From Vicugna vicugna (lineage: Eukaryota): a DNA stretch of 31,838 nt. The DNA is taken from assembly GCA_013265495.1 (NCBI GenBank), contig MU058423.1:8008721-8040558 (forward strand), read 5' to 3'. The translations under genes were made by a program, and so were the position numbers. Under the pieces are notes generated by a model that did no database searches, had not been told where the DNA came from, and saw nothing but the letters and a program-made list of their open reading frames with translations. Shown here one piece after another: positions 11,526 to 25,929 of the stretch (positions are counted from its first letter, which is position 1; every line of letters starts with the position of its first letter).

Positions 11526-14500
11526 GTGTGCCATTCTTTCCTTAAGACATGACAGGAACAACGAAGAAGTTTGGTCATGGGAGCTGAAGAAACTGGTGAA
11601 GCTGTGACTAAATCACAGTTTTGGTGCATGCTAAAGGATCTGCTCCTCAGACATCGTGGTCAGAACAATTGTTACAGCGCTGTGATTCTGTTTTCACAGA
11701 TTGAAGTGCAAACAAGACCAAGCTGAATCTATCGGAAAATAAATCATTACTCTTCTCAATTTCTTAACCTCGTAATCCTGGATAGCCAGAATGGAGATTA
11801 ATTCTTCATTTTCCAAATGCAATGTGTCCTTGATATTTGGTAATCTTATTCCCTGAAGGGGATGCTTCCTTTTCCATTTAATAAAATAACATTTTCAAAT
11901 ATCAAATTAAGGAATTTGGGGATTGCAGAAACAGATTCTGTGCTTTTATGAAATCTAAGAAATAATGTTGTGCAATATTTCTAAAGTGTGTTAGATTTTT
12001 AAGGGGGTTGGTTTTTAGTTTTTAAATTAGAGAAATAACGTACACATTTGCTTCTCTGTCCTTGGAGATTATAAACACCCAGAGGCAACTCATTTTTGCA
12101 GAGTATTTGCTGTCAAGAAGCAATGAAGTGCAAATGGAAGCCAATTGAACTCAGCAATTTGTTTACTCAGAAAGAAAACAGCTAGAGAAAAAAAAATAGA
12201 GTATTTTAATAATTAGCCAGCCATGTTAGATAAGGGACATTCAAGTATACGATCTAGCATTGTAATAAGAAGGCTGACACTTTGGGTGATGAAGAATTAG
12301 CAATTAACCTTGTAACTCAAGAAAAAAGTTCTCAAAAGGGAGAGAGAAAAAAGTAGAGAAGCAGGCTTCAGTCTGAATTTTATTCACTATGTCTTCAAGC
12401 TCAGAATGATTCGGTTTTAAAAATTTTACAAGACAATATGCTTTGAGTACTTTTACAAAGAAGGCTTCATGAGCCCATGCTGAATAAAGGTAATGCTGTT
12501 GAGGAATTGTAAGATAGTGCAGTTATTGTGGGAACCTTTCTCAGCTAGCTAATGAGAACTCCAATTCTGATATTCCTTTGTCTACGATGTCTGTAACTAC
12601 TGTCAATTATAAAAAGAAATGAGTTAACCTCTGCTATACAGCCTCTTAGTAGATACGTGCTGGCATAGGATGCAAAGTCAATTATAGGCAGCACTCCCTT
12701 TTCTACAGATCTTTAATTAACCACAAAGTCCTTTCACCCCGGACCTGGCCAGAATACTTCTTAAAAATATATTCAAAGAATAGATATAACCATGCACTGT
12801 TGAGATGTGAGGTTTGTAACTATGGCCCAACCAGAACCATAGTAATAGGGGCCAGGAATGGTGACTTTCTCCAAAGCTCGCCTCTTTCCTTTTCTGCCAT
12901 CTGCCAACCAATGGAGAACTTGAGCCTTTTTCTTCCAGAGAAGCATCCTAACTGTCAGTTCAGAAAGAGAATGGCCTCTACTTCAGGTATTCTGATTCTG
13001 TGTAACAATATCTAAACAGATGGATTGGCCTTTGAAATCCTGATGAACAACTGGAGAGTGAAGGTAAATGATGGTTACATCATGTAGGTCCTACGGAGTA
13101 TGAGCAACAAAGAAGTGCTCATTGTGTGAAGTTGCTTTGATACCTAGAGGAGAGAGAGGAAAGGAATGAAACTACAGGGAGCAAAAGAACTAAAAAGAGG
13201 GTTGAGGAGAAGTAATGATGGCTTATGGTCTTATTGGAAGTTCCAAAAGTTGCTTACAAATCAAAATAACTCAGTATAGTAAATGCACTGAACCAGAATA
13301 ACCCAACAGCTGAGACCCAGGAAATGCTGCTGCTGTAATTATTGTGTGGTTGTTGTTGTCCCTGGTGCTGATGCTGCTGCTCTCTGAGAGGTTCTGGTAT
13401 ATTTGAAAAACAACACTAGGAAGACGGTAGTCTTAGGAACCCAACACTACCATGTTGCTGAGTTACCCCAGGACTTCCAACATCCAGAGGAATAAGACCA
13501 TGTTAGACCAACATTTCTTCCCTATAAAAATAGGCTCTTTTTCTCCTCTTTTGAGCCCATAGATTTGACTATAATGTGAATGTATCCAAACCACTTTATC
13601 CTATTGTTATTTCTGCCAGAGAAATAGTGCAATACACCCTCCTGGCTTTGATGCACACACAATGAAACTTTCTAATAGATTGCCAATTGCTTTGACACAA
13701 AAGCTAGAGAAAATGTAACTTATCCCAGAACCTTGCTCCCAATCTGTCTCCAACACTGCAGCTGTCAAATTTGGCCCCTAAAATGCCCCTGATTAAAGGA
13801 GTGAGCCAAAGAAAGAGTGATAGTCTGCCAAGGTGGGTGGCTATAATCCTCAGTATTGGTAATTACACTTCAAATATATTGAGCTTTGTTGCTGAAGCTC
13901 AAAAAATAAAACTCTTGATTCGTCTAAACAAAAGATGATTCAGATCTTGCAAGTCTCAAAAAGCTGAGGATGTTCTAAAGTATCCCCTGCAGCTAAATTA
14001 GCTTCATATGATTTTTGTCAGCTCTCCCAAGACAGCTTTGCCTAGTCCAGTCATTTGAGGAAATCTTAGCCAACCACAGGAAGTACTGCGTGTTGCTCAC
14101 TTTTCCTGAGGAAGAACGTTGAGTCTAAAGCTAATACAACATAAATCTAAGATGTCTCCCACCTTTGGCCAATAGCTCTGAGATTTCATCAAGAAAGGAC
14201 TGCTCACCTGCTCTGTCCTAGTCCAAAAACAGCCAGAAGAATTAACTCATCTTCTGAAAACTCTAACCATTTGCATCACAGTCACAGTCAAAGCCTTCTT
14301 CAACTTGATGGTGGAATTCTCACATCTCAGTCACTAAAGATACAGTGTATGTCACACACTCAAGAGTTAGACATATTTACAGAACAAATCAGTAATATAG
14401 AGCAAACTTGTCTCCTGTTGACTGGCATCTGGTTTCTTCATTTTTATGTATTGTTTCTCTCGTAAATAAGAGGATGACTTTGTTCAGATTCCCACTGTGT

Positions 14501-14857
14501 ATCAGTTAATATATCACACAACTTTTTCTACAGTCAACAATGTCAAAGTTCACATTGCAGTGTTTCTTCTGTTTGTCTAACTCGTACATGGCCTGTTGCT
14601 GATGTAGCAATATTAAATTAAACAGCAGCACCACAGAAGTAGTCCCTGAATAGAATTCAGTACCTTTTATATTTTTGTCACAATTGGCATTCATTAATTC
14701 ACCTTCATAAAATCATTTATCAAATATTTGAGACAAAACACAAGGATTTATGTTTAACCACTCCCCTCCAAATATTTGGTTATTTAACTGCCAGCCAACC
14801 AAATAAAGCTAGCTTACCCCAGTCAAAATTTAAATGATGATTATGACTTTCAAAATA

Positions 14858-15413
14858 TTTTTTTAACATTTTTTATTGAGTTACAGTCATTTTACAATGG
14901 TATGTCAAATTCCAGTGTAGAGCACAATTTTTCAGTTATATCTGAACATACATATATTCATTGTCACATTTTTTTCACTGTGAATTACAAGATCTTGTAT
15001 ATATTTCCCTGTGCTATACAATATAATCTTGTTTATCTATTCTACATATGCCTGTCAGAATCTACAAATTTTGGAATCCAAGTCTTTCCCTTCCTACCCC
15101 CTGCCCCCTTGGCAACCACAAGTTTGTATTCTATGTCTATGAGTCTGTTTATATTTTGTATTTATGTCCTTTTTTTTAGATTCCACAAATGAGCAATCTC
15201 ATATGGTATTTTTCTTTCTCTTTCTGGCTTGCTTCACTTAGAATGACATTCTCCAGGAACATTCATGTTGCTGCAAAATGGCATTATGTTGTCAGTTTTT
15301 ATGGCCAAATAGTATTCCATTGTATAAATATACCACATCTTCTTTATCCAGTCATCTTGTCGATGGACATTTAGGCTGTTACCATGTCTTGGCTATTGTA
15401 AATAGTGCTGCTA
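14858..15413 (-). mobile_element. 5'-truncated lineage-specific L1 3' end (camelid type)
   Basis: T-rich tail, tttccctgtgctataca, and ggacatttaggctgttaccatgtcttggctattgtaaatagtgctgct. Candidate TSD aaaatattt at 14852-14860 and 15414-15422. Confidence 0.9.
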
Positions 15414-15904
15414 AAAATATTTCTATCAGAAGTTCTCTGTATAGTTTCAGCTTCACTCTTTCAGAACCTCCCCCATGTTTTATTTAAAAATGATCTTCAA
15501 ACTCAGCATCAATTTTTTAAAAAATTACATTCAGAAAATCCTCATTCTACATTGCAGTCTCCAAGCATTTTCCAAATAATTGAGGGATTGATGGGTTGAA
15601 ATCCCCAGCTTAGCATATCGTTTCAGAAATAAATCTCACCAGAAAGTAGTGCTTTTTATATGGTCCCAGCTATGGCGAAATTATCTTTTAGGCACTGATG
15701 ACATGTTAGTCCTGATACATACTTAGTTGCAAACACTATGTTCTAAAAGAGGACTTCTCTGATCTTAAGTGCATGGGCAAACCATAGCCAGAGGAGTGCC
15801 CCTAAAGGTGCACCATGTTGCTTCATTTTTTCATGATGCCACCCCAATCCAACAGAGCAGGAAAGAAATATCCAAACCTTGTGTTTGGGAGCTTGAGATT
15901 TTAG

Positions 15905-16015
15905 TAGTAAGAGGAGTAGGAGTAGGAGTAGGAACGATGACAGTAGTGATGCTAGTTGTCCTTTATTGAGTACTTACCATGGGCCAGACTCCATGTTAAA
16001 AGCTCTGCACACATG
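15905..16015 (-). mobile_element. MIR 3'-end fragment with (GGAGTA)n-like simple repeat
   Basis: tttattgagtacttaccatgggccagactccatgttaaaagctctgcaca. Confidence 0.6.
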
Positions 16016-17279
16016 GCCCATGCACTTAATAGTGGAATGTTTGGGAAAATACTAATTTCCATATTGGGACTCTCATATGTCATTTAAAAGGAGACCTATT
16101 TTTTTCTCTGCAGACTTTTTTTCTTAAGATAGCAGAGAAGAAATTGCCCAATTACATTGCTATCGGCCCTCAGGAAGAGGGAAAACAGATGTGCGCTTGA
16201 GGGAATTAGCCCCGGTTGCTTCCAAACCGAACAAGCAGAGCTGAATGCAAGTCCAAGGGAAGAAAGATGAAAAAAAGGGAAAATAGTTCAGGAACAAATC
16301 TTCAGGAATGTTAACAACATCAAAGACCCAAGTAAGATACAGATAGTACAGTGCCTAGGTTGAGAGAAGAGGGGAAAAGAGATTATACTAATGGTTGGCA
16401 GGGGAAGGGTGTCAAACACACTCAAGTGTCAAACATGAAGATCGAAGCAAAATAGATGGGCAGTTTGGGGCCTATGCAGTTTGACGGTGGCTTCACATCA
16501 TTAACCAGCTTGGTTTTTAAATTCCAGTTTACCTTCACCTGGTGATGTTTCACGCATATGAAAGTGTGATGAAACAGAAGATGAGAAACCCCTTTGTTTG
16601 GTCAAACTTCTTTATCAGCACTTGTTGGAAGTTAAGTATAACCCTTCTGGGAATCCGTTTTATCAAATGTATAATAAAAATGAATCAAACCCCCAGCCTA
16701 ATCACATATTTTTATATTGTACAGGATAAGATATAAAAGCAATTTGAAATAATATAAACTACTATACAAAGGTGCAAGTATAATTATCATTTTGTATCAG
16801 ATGCAATCAACTCCAAACTGATGGCTGGGTGCTCTGGGTGAAGGACGTAAGACAACATAAAACTGTGAAATGAAATTACTGGAGTCTCTGCCTCGTTAAC
16901 TTAACAATGGAAAGATTATAATGAGAATGGACCAAAGAGAGCCAGTGGGAGTGGTACCGGAATGAAGAAATAGAGGAACATTTTCCTTCTGTCTCCACTA
17001 ATTGATTTAGTCATTTATTCATTAAATCTACAATTCTCCCCCTTGGGAGAGTTCAAGCTTATTTTCTCTTATTCCTTGTTGAGCAGGTATAAAGAATAAA
17101 ACAGTAGCTCTTCATCTATTAACTATAATAAAATCAACACCTAGATTTCCCTTCTTTAGGAAAAATAATTCTAATAATAACTCCAATGTTTTTCCTTCCT
17201 GCTCAGTGAGAAATGTTTTTCAACTCCTTAATCACCCTCACTGAACTTGTCTGGACCTAACAGTGTGGAAAACCTGGGT

Positions 17280-18760
17280 GCCTGTCAAATTGTCAGAACT
17301 GAGAAAGGTCTCTTTGTGGATTTTGTCCAGGGCATAGACTGCAGCCTGGCTTAGAGTCATCCCGGCCTGAACTTAATTCAGGCCAACTCTGATTGCTACA
17401 GCCCCTACGCATCTGACAAAGAAAATGAAAATCCTCTCTCGAGGATAGTAACACGATGGTCAATCTTGAATTATTTCAACAATTAATTTTTCAAAATACA
17501 ATGTCCAGCACACAAGCTAAGATAATTAGGAACATACTGGGACAAGAAACAATAACAAAATAACACAGACTCTTTTTATGGTTATAGTGTTTCATGTTTG
17601 TCAAATGAAATTTCTACAACTAGAAGGATAACAGATGAGTTACTAGGACTCAGACCACATCCTAGGGAATGCTTATTGGGTGATTCTAATTACACCACAA
17701 GCCATATTCCAAGTGAAGCTTGAAAATGTTGGCAGGGAGTTGAAACCCTTGAAAAGTTGCATAGGGAACTTTAAAAGAGCCAAGTGAAAATGCTAGGAAA
17801 ATTCTAGGATATACTGACAGAATTTAAGAACTTGATGCATACAACTGAAGATAGAATAAAGTATGAAGAGGGGGATATATAGGAAGGAGTGAAGAGCGAT
17901 GAAAATAGTAAATATGTGGGTGGTTCTAAATGAGTAGTGAGTGAGTAAAACAATAATAGCAATATTGTTTTAAAATGTACATTATGTAAACATACATCTT
18001 ACACATTATTGTTTGTTTTATACCATCACTACTCATTTAGACTTACCCATATTTGCATAGATATATGTGTGTATGTGTATGTGTTAGAAAATATAAGAAA
18101 ATGAGAGCATGTAAGCCAATGTAAATGAGTTAAAATGGTTTAGTGACCTTGCAATGTCCATGGAAAGTCAAAGGTACATGTTGAAATTTCTAAAGTAAAC
18201 ACATAACACACACACACACACACATACAAGATAGACAATTCTAACTAGAGAATGAAAGGTAAAAGTTATCACCCTGTATGATGGAAAGGAAAGACAAAGC
18301 CGGAGCTGATTCTTTGAATGGGAAGGAGATGTGTAAGGAAGGGCAGTGTGTTAATATCATCATCATTTTTACATTAAGAGAAGAGATACAGTAGAAACTG
18401 GATGGGGGAAAATGGAGGTTTATGAACAATAAAAAAACAAAATTAACTGAAAAGAACTAAGAGAAATACTGTAGTTTTTTCAAAATTGGAGACATGATGA
18501 AATGATATAAAGCATTATAAATGAGCTATACATTCATCTTTCATCATAAGGAGTCAAACTGATAAATTAGAAGACAGTACTATAAGGATCTCATTTTGAC
18601 TTAAGGGTAATTACCTGTAAAACTAAAATAAAACATAGTTTAGTGATATTCTCTTAAAAGTGGAACAGAGAATGGTAAAGGATGACATAGGGGACTGTGG
18701 CTTTTTATATTTATAGATGGTTTTATATTGCATGAATCTACAACTATAGTAAATTATGCT
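17280..18760 (+). mobile_element. Fragmented ancient L1 (L1M) pieces
   Basis: A-rich strand bias. aaatacaatgtccagcacaca...aagataattagg, atagaatttaagaac...acaactgaagatagaat and aaatagtaaatatgtgggt are old L1-like segments. Confidence 0.55.
18207..18226. repeat. (CA)n microsatellite
   Basis: acacacacacacacacatac. Confidence 0.85.
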
Positions 18761-18989
18761 TGTATCTAATATATATTATATGCTACCAACATAGTATATA
18801 TTTTATAGTAATTACTTCTGTATGTTTTACATTATATATTTTATTATATATAACATCAATATTTTATATATGTATGTTTATATATTTATGTTAATACTGG
18901 GAAATTAAACTATAATCACCTTATAAACTAATTTTATTTTCATTGATCTTTAATATATAAGGCTGTTAAAATCTGGGTCATACTTTTAC

Positions 18990-19220
18990 AAATTTTGAGC
19001 CAGAGAGATCAGGTATCAAATTTCTTTTCTGCCACAACCTAGCTATGTGACCTATGAAAATTTACTTAGCCTCGCTGAGTCTCTATTTCCTCATCTATAA
19101 AGGAAAAAAAGTTATAGGTGCTGTCAGAAGTGTTGTGATAATTAGAGGTAATATATTTAAAATGTTTAGTGAGTGCTGAATAGAAAGTAAATGCTCAATA
19201 AGTGGAAATAATTATTATTT
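18990..19220 (+). mobile_element. MIR
   Basis: ctagctatgtgacctatgaaaatttacttagcctcgctgagtctctatttcctcatctataaa...aaatgctcaataagtgg. Confidence 0.85.
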
Positions 19221-19259
19221 CCTAAGATATAATCAAAAATTCCCCTACGACTGCTCACA

Positions 19260-20025
19260 AGAAAGTTACAGTATGCCAAGAGAGGTGAGCAGAGGATGCT
19301 GTGGGTTCAGGGCTGTCAGGGTAGGCTTCATTGAGTCATTAACACGGAAACAGAATTGTGACGAATAATCTGAGCTAACAAAAGGAAATTCCAAATAGAG
19401 GGAACAGCATGGGAAAATGACATAGAAATAAAATAACATGGCATGTTTTTTGTCTTAGATATGGACTTTGAACTTGTCCAACTCTCTAGACAGCCATTGA
19501 AGAATTAAACAGGACAACTGATATTAGGAAAACCACCCTGTTGACAATAATAGGGACAAGAAGGGAGGAGTTGAGAGAAGAGAAAAGTTATAAGCAATTA
19601 AGATGAGAGAGACTAGTTAAAATAATATCACAGTAATCTGGCAGGTAAGTGACAAAGACCTGAATTAAGTCAATAGGAATGGAAAGGAGAGGTCAGAAAA
19701 TAAAAATTAAGAAGTTAGGTATCAGAGACATGGACTACCTTAATGTGACAAATGAATGAGGGGGAAGAATTTAGGATGACTTTGGAACAAGGTGAACAGC
19801 AGTATATTAAGTGAGATATAAAATGCAAATGAAGGAGAGCAGGTTGGGATATACTGGGTTGGACAGTCTGTAGAACATCAAGTGCAAATGTCCAGTGGGC
19901 AGTTCGCTTTGTGGATCTGGAGCTCAGCGGGAAGCATGAGCTGAGGGTCTACAGATGGCTCAGCACATAGATAACGGCTGAACATGTGAGTGTAATTTCC
20001 CAAAGGAAATCACAGCAAGTGAGAG
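19260..20025 (-). mobile_element. L2 fragment
   Basis: attccaaatagagggaacagcatgggaaa, gagagactagttaa...cagtaatctgg...gacctgaattaag, aaatgtccagtgggcagtt...ggatctggagctcag. Confidence 0.8.
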
Positions 20026-20099
20026 GACCATTTACTTCTTGTGTAAAAACCAACCCTCCAGACTCACCCATCGCACTTACACAAAACTTCATTCTTTCA

Positions 20100-20295
20100 T
20101 TTACCAAAATTTGTCCAATTAAATACCTATTACTGTCTAAATGAAGTGATTTTCTGTGTCATGTACTAAATGTATATTTTTATATTCCCAGATAGACTAA
20201 ATTTTTCTGCGGTAGGTAATATGTCACATCTTCATCATCTTTATCAATAGCATAGTTTCTGGCACACAGAATGCTCTAAATACATGTTTACTGAG
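20100..20295 (+). mobile_element. L2 3' end
   Basis: atagactaaa...tagcatagtttctggcacacagaatgctctaaatacatgtttactga. Confidence 0.65.
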
Positions 20296-22429
20296 TTTAT
20301 TCCTCTTGACTCTGATAGCTTTTTAATGCTAATTCTGATCTTGTGTGTGGATCACAGCTGTTTCTAAAATTTGAATTCAAGTTGTTTTTCTATTTCCCTG
20401 GGTCCCACTTTATACCATACTGCATTTTACCACTCATGTTTATTTTAATGAATATATGTCAGTGAAGTCACCCAGCCAACAACATGGGACTCAAATAATG
20501 ATAACACAAGTCATGGGAGAAGAAGTGAAACCTTGAAGAAGCTGAAAGTAAATGTTTGGACTCCCAAATTATTATTGGTGAATAACCCCTGGGCCAGAAA
20601 TACATATCATTGATGTTGCAATTTGGGAGGGTAACTTTGATACTCTCACCCTGGGGATGATACCCCTTTCAACTGGAACCAAGATCAGAGGAGAAATGCC
20701 TTTGGTCTGTGGGGTACTCAACCTATTCCAGGTCTATTCACCACACAAAGATTTAACCTACAAATCTAGCAGAAATGACCAACATTTTTCCTAGATGAAA
20801 ATTTTGAAAATGGTAACACTCAATAAAACATGAGGAATATTCTTTAAAAAGTTTCGTTCCAAAAAAAGACTTTTTTCCCCCAAAATGTGGTATACATTTG
20901 GAAAGAGAAGGTCACATTGAAAGTCAGCTCCACACAAACATTAGCTCACAGAAAAACTAGCAACAAATAAGTAACATTTGGGAAGCAATTGTCTTACACT
21001 GACTCCACACAAATGGAAAAAAGTCTTCAAGTGCTTCAATACCTTCATTTTGAAATGCCTGTCAACCTTGGAAGCTGCTCCTGATGATACACTACTGGCA
21101 ATACTTGCACCTCATTGTTTTCAGAGCTAGTAACTGATGTTAAATGTTATGTTGAGTGCCATTTGAAAAAAAAATGTGTCTGAAATGCATTTAGCTTGTA
21201 ATTATAATTATAAGATTATCACAAGTAATTAAACAGCAGAATCTTTGGAACAAGAACTATTTTTACCAAAAAAAGTAAAAATTTCAAAAAGTGAGCTCAT
21301 CAAAAAACAGGTGATTTATTTTTAAATAAAAACAACTTAGAGACTGACATATAATGAATTAAGGTAGTGAAGGAGAGACACATCCTAAATTTGACAGCAC
21401 ACTGAATACAAGTAGCAGTGGTCTGTTTTCTCGTTTTCCTTGTTATCATCATTAATAATTAAAGACAGTTAAGAATTGCCTTTCCATATCTGAATTCAAG
21501 CTATTATTCCAAGGATCTCCTAGGGAGAGTAGTGAATGCCAGTCCTCTGCCAAAGTAAGCACAGACTGTTTATAAAGGTCAAAAGCTTAAATCATTAGTT
21601 AAAAAAAAAAAAGCTACTAGGCACATAGAAAAACAGTCAGAGAAAGGATTTCCAGACTAGAATTCCTTCTCACCAATATTTAGCAGCACAAACCCCCAGT
21701 ATCTACTAACGCTGGTTGGTTTCCAGTATACCCATTCAAGTTCAAGGTTTTAGCAAGCCAGCCCCCTTTATTACTAGCCAAGATGCCTATTATTCTGTCC
21801 AAAATGCCCCTTAGTTTTGCTGATTGACAAACATTGTCACAGTGTACATTTTTATATAGACAGAATACTTCCCTTAGATATAATTCTAAGATGTCAAGGC
21901 CACTGTTGGCCTCAATGGAAAGGTAGAGACATATGAGAAAGGAAGGGAATAAATATAAAAGGAAAGCAATTTTCCCAATTCCCCATTAACCCACCTAATA
22001 AATAATAACACAGTCATCATATTGCTTAGCACTTTCGCATACATCAACAATGCCGTCATCTGATTAATAGATTGCTGGTGCTGTATTTGCCTCGCACGTT
22101 AGAAAAATCAAGACAAGCAAACGAGACTGCCATCTTTGGAAATGTACCTATTGAATATCTTTGTGCTTACTGAATATTATTCAAAAAAAAGACAGTGGTC
22201 ATTCCTCAAAGGATCTGTTTTTGGGAGGGACTGACACAATGACCCAGGAGCTCTCTGTCCACATTCTTTAGTGCAGTTAATGAAGTGTTATTTGTCAAGG
22301 TTAATTAGCCGTTTCTCCTCCATGCAGGTAAGAGTCAAGTGGTGTCTAAATCCAGGAGGGAAGCCCCGTCTCTGCACGAGGGCACAGAGTGCAGTCACAA
22401 AGCTCTGTATCCTGCAAGGATACAGTGGT

Positions 22430-22670
22430 GGATTCAGAAATCAGACTTCCTGAAACTCAATCCCAATCCAGGCACTTAGTAACCACGGAAACTTTGGTAA
22501 ACTAACCTCTGTGTCTCAGAGTCGTTATCTGTAGTTCACATGGATGTAATAACAACTACTTCATGGGATTATTGTGAAGATTAAATAAGATAGGGCACGT
22601 CTTATTTCAGGCATATCCAGTACAATACCTGGCACACACAAAAAGCTCAAGAAAAGTTGGCTATTATTAT
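22430..22670 (+). mobile_element. MIR followed by an (ATT)n tract
   Basis: taacctctgtgtctcag...ctacttcatgggattattgtgaagattaaataagata...tacaatacctggcacac. Confidence 0.85.
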
Positions 22671-24750
22671 TATTATTATTATTAATTACTATTATCATTT
22701 TTCCTGGGTCTTAAATGCATATAGCCCACCCATGAGATATCAGCTGACAGAAGGGGTCCAGATAAAACCAAGGCTGAGACACACCCAGTTTGTCAGTTGG
22801 GCAGTGCCACCCGTCCCCTCAAGCTTCTGTGTGCATCTGTGATTTTCCTGGAGGATGAAAAGCCCCTGAGACAGAAATTTCAACTACATCCACAATTAGG
22901 GTTCAGAACTATATAAGAATATGTGAGGAGCTGGGGAGGGGGATGAGGTAGTGGTGACAGGAGGAGAGTTCCTCCAAATTTGCACAGGGGACAAAGGAGC
23001 CCTGAAACAAAAATTACTTGAAGAAAGAAGGGCCTGGCCCAAGGAGCCAGCAGCAGGAAAAGAATGAGAGGAAACAGTAATTCTAAGCACAGACGGTGGT
23101 CATTCCTTGAGGCTATCCCAACTCAGCTGTTCTAGTGATGTGAGGAGAACAAAAGGGCTACATTACTAACCTCTGTAATAATTCAGAACCCAGGCAACAA
23201 TACTGGGGATGCTCCTTGTCCCTGATCTAAACAGACGGCAGAGGTGGCGCCAACATATGGCTGAATCAGCAGAGATCTGACCCGCAGCTGGTCAAGGCAG
23301 CCGAGGGCAGAGCGGTGTTGTTCAGGTGTCAAAAGGCAGCAGCTGCAGAATCCAAACCCACTAACAGTGAGGTCAGCGTGTCTTCAGGGCAGCCTGCGCT
23401 GAGGCAGTGGAAGGAATTCAAACAGAACAATCAGGTTGGTGGCACAGCCCTGAGCAACAGAAATCAGCCCTGAGCGGTGGCCAAGCCGATCACAGGCACT
23501 CGTAAAACACCTCCTAAGCGAGCCCCGAAGCCCAGGAGAGCGGACACTGCCTGGGGCTTTCCTGATCTGGGCGTGAATGCTAACAGGCCTTCATTTGTGT
23601 TCTCCGGCTGGTCAGTCCTGGGACAGTTGGCTTCCATTTATGTCATGTTTGTCGCCTTTTTCGGGAAAACCTGTGTTCATTTTTGTGACAGCTCTCTGAA
23701 TGCTGAGTAAGGAGCAGAGCCTGACAAGTCGGTGCGCAGACTTTTCCGGTGATAACTAAGGCACACGACTCGGACGTGGGAGAGCCTCTTCTCCGCTCAA
23801 AGCCCAGAAGCCAAGTCATAGTGCTGTTGTGGTTTCAGATGTGACAGCTGAGCTGCAAACAAGGTTCTGTGTCCTGATTTGGGATCAGGGTGTCGGAGTC
23901 GTGCCGGGGTGGAGGCAGGGACGAGACATCCTCCGAGGATTTCTTTTTCCATTTCTAACATTTTTCCTCAAGTGAAATATAGTTAAAATGAATTAACAAG
24001 GTAAACAGTCGGTTAAGAAGGGAAGTTATCAGAAAACATGACGATGTCATGTATGATTTTCTGTTTACAAATAGGTGTGCAAGAAATATCATTTAAAAAA
24101 ATTTTTTGAAGCAAAACGAAACTCAAGACTCTGAGCCACTTGCATTCTACCAGACTAGCAGAAAATTCAGCCTTGGTCCTCCTTGAAGTTTCCCATCCCC
24201 CTGCCCCTCACCCCGTCTCCTCCCCTGGACTGAGCAGAAGTTAAGCATGTTACAAAAGAACCAAGGCACTGGGGAGGCCCTTCTGGTCAAGAGTCATCAG
24301 TCCCCATTGTCTACCTCCGAGACACAAGTGGTCTCTTTAGGGCCTGCAGCTTTGCTGCTGCGGCACCGTCCTTGGGTTAGAAAATCTTTGAGAAGGGTTG
24401 CAGCTTCCAAACTGGGCATTCGGCCTCCCTGGGAGCCCCACTGGCCCTTCACTTGGTGAGTGACCCCTCTGCAGTGTGGACTGTACAGAGTAGGACAAGG
24501 GGCTCTACCCTCCAAGCACAGAAGTCCCTCTTCTCCTCCCCGGGGAGGGAACCTTTCTTCCTCCTCTTCCCGCCCTTAAAAGTTTTTAAAATAAAATATA
24601 AAATAAATATATAGAGACATATACACAGAATAAAATATACTGAATCCAAAAACCCCTGAGCTTAACTTTCTGCTTGAATAAAGGAAGGGAACAGTGGGAA
24701 ATACCTTATGAAGAAAGTCATAAATTAATGTGTCAAGAAATTATCCTAGT

Positions 24751-24889
24751 AGGGAGGGTGTAGTTCAGTGGTAGAGTGCATGCCTGGCATGCATAAGGTC
24801 CTGGGTTCAACCCCCAGTTCCTCCATTAAAAGAGCAAGTAAATAAACCTAATTAACTCCCCACTACAAAAAGAAAAGAAAAGAAAGGAA
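24751..24889 (+). mobile_element. tRNA-derived SINE, camelid Vic-1 type
   Basis: gggagggtgtagttcagtggtagag (A box) ... gtcctgggttcaacccccag (B box) ... aaataaacctaattaactcccc plus A-rich tail. TSD aagaaat(t/g)atcct at 24735-24747 and 24890-24902. Confidence 0.9.
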
Positions 24890-24929
24890 AAGAAATGATC
24901 CTGCTGTAAGTGAAAAGTCATAGTGACAG

Positions 24930-25140
24930 TTTAGTTATTTACTTATCAAGCCCTTACTGCTTAGCATAAGCAAGCCACTGTTCTAAGCACTTTACAAATA
25001 TTAACTTACTCAATCTTCATAACAAACCTATATTATCCACATTTTATACTGAAGAAACTAAAGCACCCAGAGTGATTAACACGTCCCATTGACACAGCAA
25101 ATCAGTGGCAAAGTCTATAATCAAAGCCAGGCTGTCAGGC
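24930..25140 (-). mobile_element. MIR
   Basis: cactgttctaagcactttacaaatattaacttactcaatcttcataacaaaccta...attttatactgaagaaactaaagcac. Confidence 0.88.
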
Positions 25141-25929
25141 TCCTCACTCCGCTCCCGCCCGCTGCTGTGTGCTGTGTGCGCCTGCCTGGAGGCTGGAGGG
25201 GTCTGCAGAGTATCGCAGTGTTTTGTTCCCTTGCTGCTGGCTTCTCCTGCTGGCTGGCTCTTGCCTTGAGTGGCCACAGCTCCCTCCACTTGATCCACAA
25301 TTCGCTGCGCCCAGGTCTACTTTCTGAAGGCTAGACCTCACACTGGGCTCGGAAGCTCTCCCTTTGCTCCAACGTTTGCTCTTTGCTCCCTGCTCTGTTC
25401 TTATATCTTCAGCATCCTCCTTGACCTTCAAACCTGAAAGATGATTTGGTTTTTCTGCCTTTCATCCTCCGAACCCTCTGACTTTTCCTTCTTGGCCTGT
25501 TAGAGTGATCTTCTTGGCCAAGTTTAAAAGCCTTGAATCTAACTTTGACATGAGGCCTCCGGACCTGTGTCCTCACTGAACTTGCTCTAGACCCCAGGAA
25601 GGGATCGGGATCATGTAGCGTTCTAAGAAAATATGACACATTCTGTATCCCTTGAATGCAGGGACCTCAAAACCCTTTAAAACATAACGTATTTTTTGCA
25701 CAATAAAATACAGTTCACATTTGTATCTTTAACGTACTTAACACTTCGAAAATCTTTACTTTTCGAACTTTCATTACAAAATAACCTGATTCTATCATAG
25801 AAAATTAGAAAAGAAAGCACTAATTTTATTGCCAAGTATTTTTACATTAGAGGTTATTTTCATATTGTGCACATTTAAATATGAACCTTGTAATAACTCT
25901 GAGGTAAATTGCTTACGAGACTTGTTACT

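Noticed and set aside
12100..12330. Cluster of TAATTA/homeobox-like motifs
   Set aside because: Expected by chance in AT-rich DNA and cannot be supported without conservation data.
24752..24825. tRNA gene
   Set aside because: A and B boxes are present, but it is the head of a SINE with an A-rich tail and a TSD.
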